Source: a virus
Length of the DNA stretch: 15,280 bases
Reading direction: 5' to 3' (one strand)
IMG/VR virus record: IMGVR_UViG_3300035670_002020
The notes beneath the pieces are model-generated. The model did not search any database and was not told the DNA's origin. It was given only the letters and a program-made list of their open reading frames with translations. How positions within the stretch are numbered: position 1 is the stretch's first letter; every line of letters starts with the position of its first letter. The position numbers and the translations under genes were made by a program. Of the stretch, positions 13,088-15,280 are shown in pieces.

Positions 13088-13812
13088 TCTGCAGCTGCCG
13101 TTTCAGCCTGTTCGTGGCTTGACGGAAGTCTAGAAGCGTTTAACCAAGCACTAAGGTTATCTGCCAATTGTTGCTGTTGATCTAATTGGTTTTTAACGAT
13201 TGTGTATGGTGCGAATTCTAGCTTAGAAAACTCCTGTTCCTTACTTAGGAATTGCAGATATTTCAGTAGTTTCTCTTTATCCCAATCAGTATAGATACGC
13301 TTACAGAGACTATGCAAGAAGTTTATTTGCTTTTCTGTAGCAACTCTATAAGACCCAAAATAGCCCATTTCTAAGCCTTGCCCTTGTCCTGATATAGGCG
13401 CAGGGGTTTCGGGGCTAATTTTGCCCTTATTTTGGCTTAAATCGGTATCTGGTGGGGTCTGCCAAGGGTCGTTTTCTGTGTTCACGTTACGTTGTACTTC
13501 CTCTCTAGAAGCAATGCCTTTAGTAACAGCAATACCAAGAGCTGCAATAGCACGACCCCAAGCACTTGTTTCAAGGGTCATCATTTCAGCACCTTTAGCA
13601 AAGCCTCTAGCTGGTACACGTTCCCAAGCCCAGCCACTTGCGTAAGCCATTTTGTCGCGTTCAGGGTAAGCAAAGGCTTCACCATAAATATAAGTTTCGC
13701 CATTAAACTCAAGTACACCTTTATATTGAAAATGCAAAGTGCCCTCTGGATATTTGTCGTAAAACATTTGTATACGATCTTTAACTTCTATGTAGTTCTT
13801 CAGATAATCCAC
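13066..13812 (-). CDS. Putative DNA-binding recombination/replication protein (tentatively Rad52/Sak-like N-terminal domain)
   Basis: 248 aa, with a GTG start and a TAGGAG SD 8 nt upstream. LETSAWGRAIAALGIAV...IASREEV resembles the E(S/T)xAxxRAxxxxGIG motif of Rad52/Sak-type annealases. The C-terminal ATEKQINFLHSL-type helix is of unknown function. The family assignment is weak. Confidence 0.3.
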   Translation of the reverse strand: MDYLKNYIEVKDRIQMFYDKYPEGTLHFQYKGVLEFNGETYIYGEAFAYPERDKMAYASGWAWERVPARGFAKGAEMMTLETSAWGRAIAALGIAVTKGIASREEVQRNVNTENDPWQTPPDTDLSQNKGKISPETPAPISGQGQGLEMGYFGSYRVATEKQINFLHSLCKRIYTDWDKEKLLKYLQFLSKEQEFSKLEFAPYTIVKNQLDQQQQLADNLSAWLNASRLPSSHEQAETAAADWKTEQF

Positions 13813-13974
13813 TTAATTAACTCCTATAAATAGTCCGTAAAATTCTTGCAATTGTTCCATTTTGTTTATGCAATCACATTTCTCAAATATGCACCTAGTT
13901 CTATGGTAATAATCCATAGTGTGATAAGCGTGCGCTAATAGCTGTGATATTGGGTAAAACTGTTTATCTAGCAA
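13813..13974 (-). CDS. Candidate 53-aa protein, His/Cys-containing (MLDKQFYPISQLLAHAYHTMDYYHRTRCIFEKCDCINKMEQLQEFYGLFIGVN)
   Basis: TTG at 13974 with an AAAGGGG SD 4 nt upstream, or ATG at 13917 giving 34 aa. The stop abuts the GTG of the next gene. Confidence 0.35.
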   Translation of the reverse strand: MLDKQFYPISQLLAHAYHTMDYYHRTRCIFEKCDCINKMEQLQEFYGLFIGVN

Positions 13975-14031
13975 AATGCCCCTTTCGTTAAAGAAAGGTT
14001 AAGGCTTACCTGTGTCAAAACACGGCATTGA

Positions 14032-14040
14032 ATTATAACA
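14032..14040 (-). promoter_or_regulatory. Candidate extended -10 promoter (TGTTATAAT)
   Basis: Perfect TGnTATAAT on the minus strand, 15 nt after the metallophosphoesterase stop, in one of the few intergenic gaps. It is positioned to drive the 53-aa/248-aa/Rpf block. Confidence 0.35.
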
Positions 14041-14054
14041 ATTTGATAACGGCT

Positions 14055-14825
14055 TTAACGCCAAAGTTCGCCCTCAGCTATAAATGAGCCGTCTTTGTTA
14101 AAAGGCACTAGCTCAGGTTTAACTTGTCCGTCTTGCTCGTAAAGTATTCCAAAGCCTGCCTGCCAGTTTGCGTGACCCTCTTTCATATAACGCATACCAG
14201 CACTATTGAGGTCGCACAAGTGTCCTACTTCCATACCCCAAAGTGTTGAAAGATTTCCAGCAAATCCGTGACTCGCAGAGCTAATACCTTGTCTGTGTGT
14301 GTGACCACAAACAACGTTCTTACCTGTTCTTGTAGCTAGTCCTAAAGCTGTTTGTCCTGCGTGATTGTAGAGTCTGCCCTCGTCGCCGTGCCCAAGAATT
14401 ACCCCTTTGGCAACTTCGGTTAATGATCTGTTATATGTAACTTTTATATCTTTATCGTTATAGCCAAGTAGATTTTCTATTTTGATTGCGTCAATAACAC
14501 TAAATGCTGGTGCGTGACGGCTAATGTACTTTTCAATTCGTATCGTGTGATTGCTTCGTTGAATTTGGAAAGGCTTACTGCGTCCAATAGCACTACGGAA
14601 TTCTTTGAGTAAGCCTCTCAAACCTATTATATTCTTTTGTAACGAACCCTCAAACTCTAGGGCTGTGCCACGTGCATAAGTTGATATTGTTTGACAATCA
14701 AGTTCATCACCAACACAAAGTAACTTATCTGGTTTAACGTAGGCTATGTAATCTAAAAGGCTTTCAACGTAAGACTTTTTAATAAAAGGATATTGCAAAT
14801 CTGAAATAACAACGTAACGTTTAAT
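14055..14825 (-). CDS. Calcineurin-like metallophosphoesterase (about 256 aa, apparent ATT start)
   Basis: Motifs in order: VVISDLQ (motif I variant), GDELD, SNHT, GHGDEG, GHTH. Motif I lies upstream of the track's TTG start (14798). The only start-like codon after the in-frame TAA (14831..14829) is ATT at 14825..14823, preceded by AAGAGGT with a 5-nt spacer. Confidence 0.7.
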   Translation of the reverse strand: MKRYVVISDLQYPFIKKSYVESLLDYIAYVKPDKLLCVGDELDCQTISTYARGTALEFEGSLQKNIIGLRGLLKEFRSAIGRSKPFQIQRSNHTIRIEKYISRHAPAFSVIDAIKIENLLGYNDKDIKVTYNRSLTEVAKGVILGHGDEGRLYNHAGQTALGLATRTGKNVVCGHTHRQGISSASHGFAGNLSTLWGMEVGHLCDLNSAGMRYMKEGHANWQAGFGILYEQDGQVKPELVPFNKDGSFIAEGELWR

Positions 14826-14828
14826 ACG

Positions 14829-15050
14829 TTACCTCTTTCGTTTAGGCTTACCTAACTGTGTGTTAATACTATCTATAGTACTACGAATTTTTGTGACCTC
14901 AATCTGTAGGCGTGTCACTTTATCGTTTAATGATGAACCACCATTAGGAAATAATTGGCTTTTCATTTTAGTTATTTCAACTGTTGCTTTTACAACTAAA
15001 ATAAGGACTGTAATAAGTAAACCAATAATGCCTACGAGTTCGTTTATCAT
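14829..15050 (-). CDS. Single-pass membrane protein with a coiled coil and basic C-terminus (73 aa); holin-like or exclusion-like
   Basis: N-terminal LVGIIGLLITVLILVV helix, a heptad-like middle region and a KPKRKR tail. Its ATG overlaps the upstream stop (ATGA). Confidence 0.55.
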   Translation of the reverse strand: MINELVGIIGLLITVLILVVKATVEITKMKSQLFPNGGSSLNDKVTRLQIEVTKIRSTIDSINTQLGKPKRKR

Positions 15051-15280
15051 TGTCCGTCAAACCACTCCGGATCGTAAAAGTCCTCGTCGTCTTCTTCGGG
15101 TGACATTGTGAATTGGTATTTCTCAGCTGCATAGTTGATAATGCCAAATACTGAATGTTGTGGCATATCTTGGTTAGCAACAATCTTTACAGTTTTCTTT
15201 TTGCCGTCAAACAATTCTGCAATTACAACAAAGCCTGTAAATAGTTTTCCGTCTTCGTGAGCTGTATTTACAATTCTTAC
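15047..15280 (-). CDS. Same junction-spanning 98-aa ORF, C-terminal part (5' end runs off the window end; 15154-15280 duplicates 1-127)
   Basis: The open frame enters from the window end. TGA at 15049..15047 overlaps the next ATG (ATGA). It is absent from the ORF track because it has no start within this copy. Confidence 0.6.
   Translation of the reverse strand, partial: VRIVNTAHEDGKLFTGFVVIAELFDGKKKTVKIVANQDMPQHSVFGIINYAAEKYQFTMSPEEDDEDFYDPEWFDGQ
15154..15280. repeat. Terminal overlap copy 2, identical to 1-127
   Basis: Exact 127-nt identity with the window start. 127 is a common maximum k-mer length in de Bruijn assemblers, which emit circular contigs with a k-length overlap. Confidence 0.95.

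Noticed and set aside
14013-14018. Perfect TTGACA -35-like hexamer on the minus strand
   Set aside because: At 16-19 nt downstream only TTCTTT-type sequence is present, so there is no usable -10. The upstream TGTTATAAT is the better promoter candidate.
341-15111. All plus-strand ORFs in the track (341..616, 841..1047, 2835..3017, 3429..3614, 3804..4121, 4811..5002, 4965..5342, 7381..7644, 8339..8626, 9589..9942, 10060..10290, 10493..10735, 12850..13041, 13421..13645, 13492..13833, 14860..15111)
   Set aside because: Each lies fully antisense to a longer minus-strand gene with recognisable motifs. They have Ser/Leu/Cys/Ala-rich low-complexity translations typical of shadow ORFs, and none has an SD or coupling signal.
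14977-15183. 68-aa minus-strand ORF near the window end
   Set aside because: It overlaps both the 73-aa membrane protein and the junction-spanning 98-aa ORF in a different frame. Those two are coupled by ATGA and have more plausible sequences.
1-15280. CRISPR arrays, integrase/att sites, toxin-antitoxin pairs, and a GTA or capsid-forming satellite (cf-PICI) interpretation
   Set aside because: No spaced direct repeats and no recombinase motifs were found. The element is a closed circle with complete tail and lysis modules, so it is an autonomous phage rather than a satellite or chromosomal GTA cluster.

Overview
The window is a complete, circularly closing genome (about 15,153 bp unique) of a very small tailed dsDNA phage with siphovirus-like gene order and an HK97-type head module. 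Nt 1-127 are identical to nt 15154-15280, so this is a circular assembly written out with a 127-nt overlap. Every credible gene lies on the minus strand, and genes are tightly packed with ATGA/TAATG-type stop-start overlaps. All plus-strand ORFs in the track look like antisense shadows. The track translates some TTG/GTG starts as M, and several starts were re-evaluated by hand.

Gene order on the minus strand, late genes: a 338-bp ORF-free region (probable cos site and late promoter), HNH endonuclease, small terminase, large terminase, portal, fused prohead protease/linker/major capsid protein, a strong hairpin, head-tail adaptor, tail-terminator-like protein, major tail protein, tail chaperone G/GT (-1 frameshift at AAATTTT plus hairpin), an HK97 gp10-like protein in an unusual position, tape measure (about 424 aa), distal tail protein, tail fibre, two small proteins, and an M15/LAS-like endolysin.

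Early/accessory genes follow: a 98-aa ORF spanning the circular junction, a 73-aa membrane protein, a metallophosphoesterase (apparent ATT start), a 53-aa ORF, a 248-aa putative recombination/replication protein, a stand-alone Rpf-domain transglycosylase, a run of hydrophobic micro-ORFs, and a truncated-looking beta-class DNA methyltransferase.

The Rpf domain, the endolysin type and the fibre N-terminus suggest an actinobacterial host. I recognised no integrase, repressor, DNA polymerase, primase, helicase, tRNA or CRISPR array. All homology calls come from motif recognition by eye and need HMM or structure searches to confirm.
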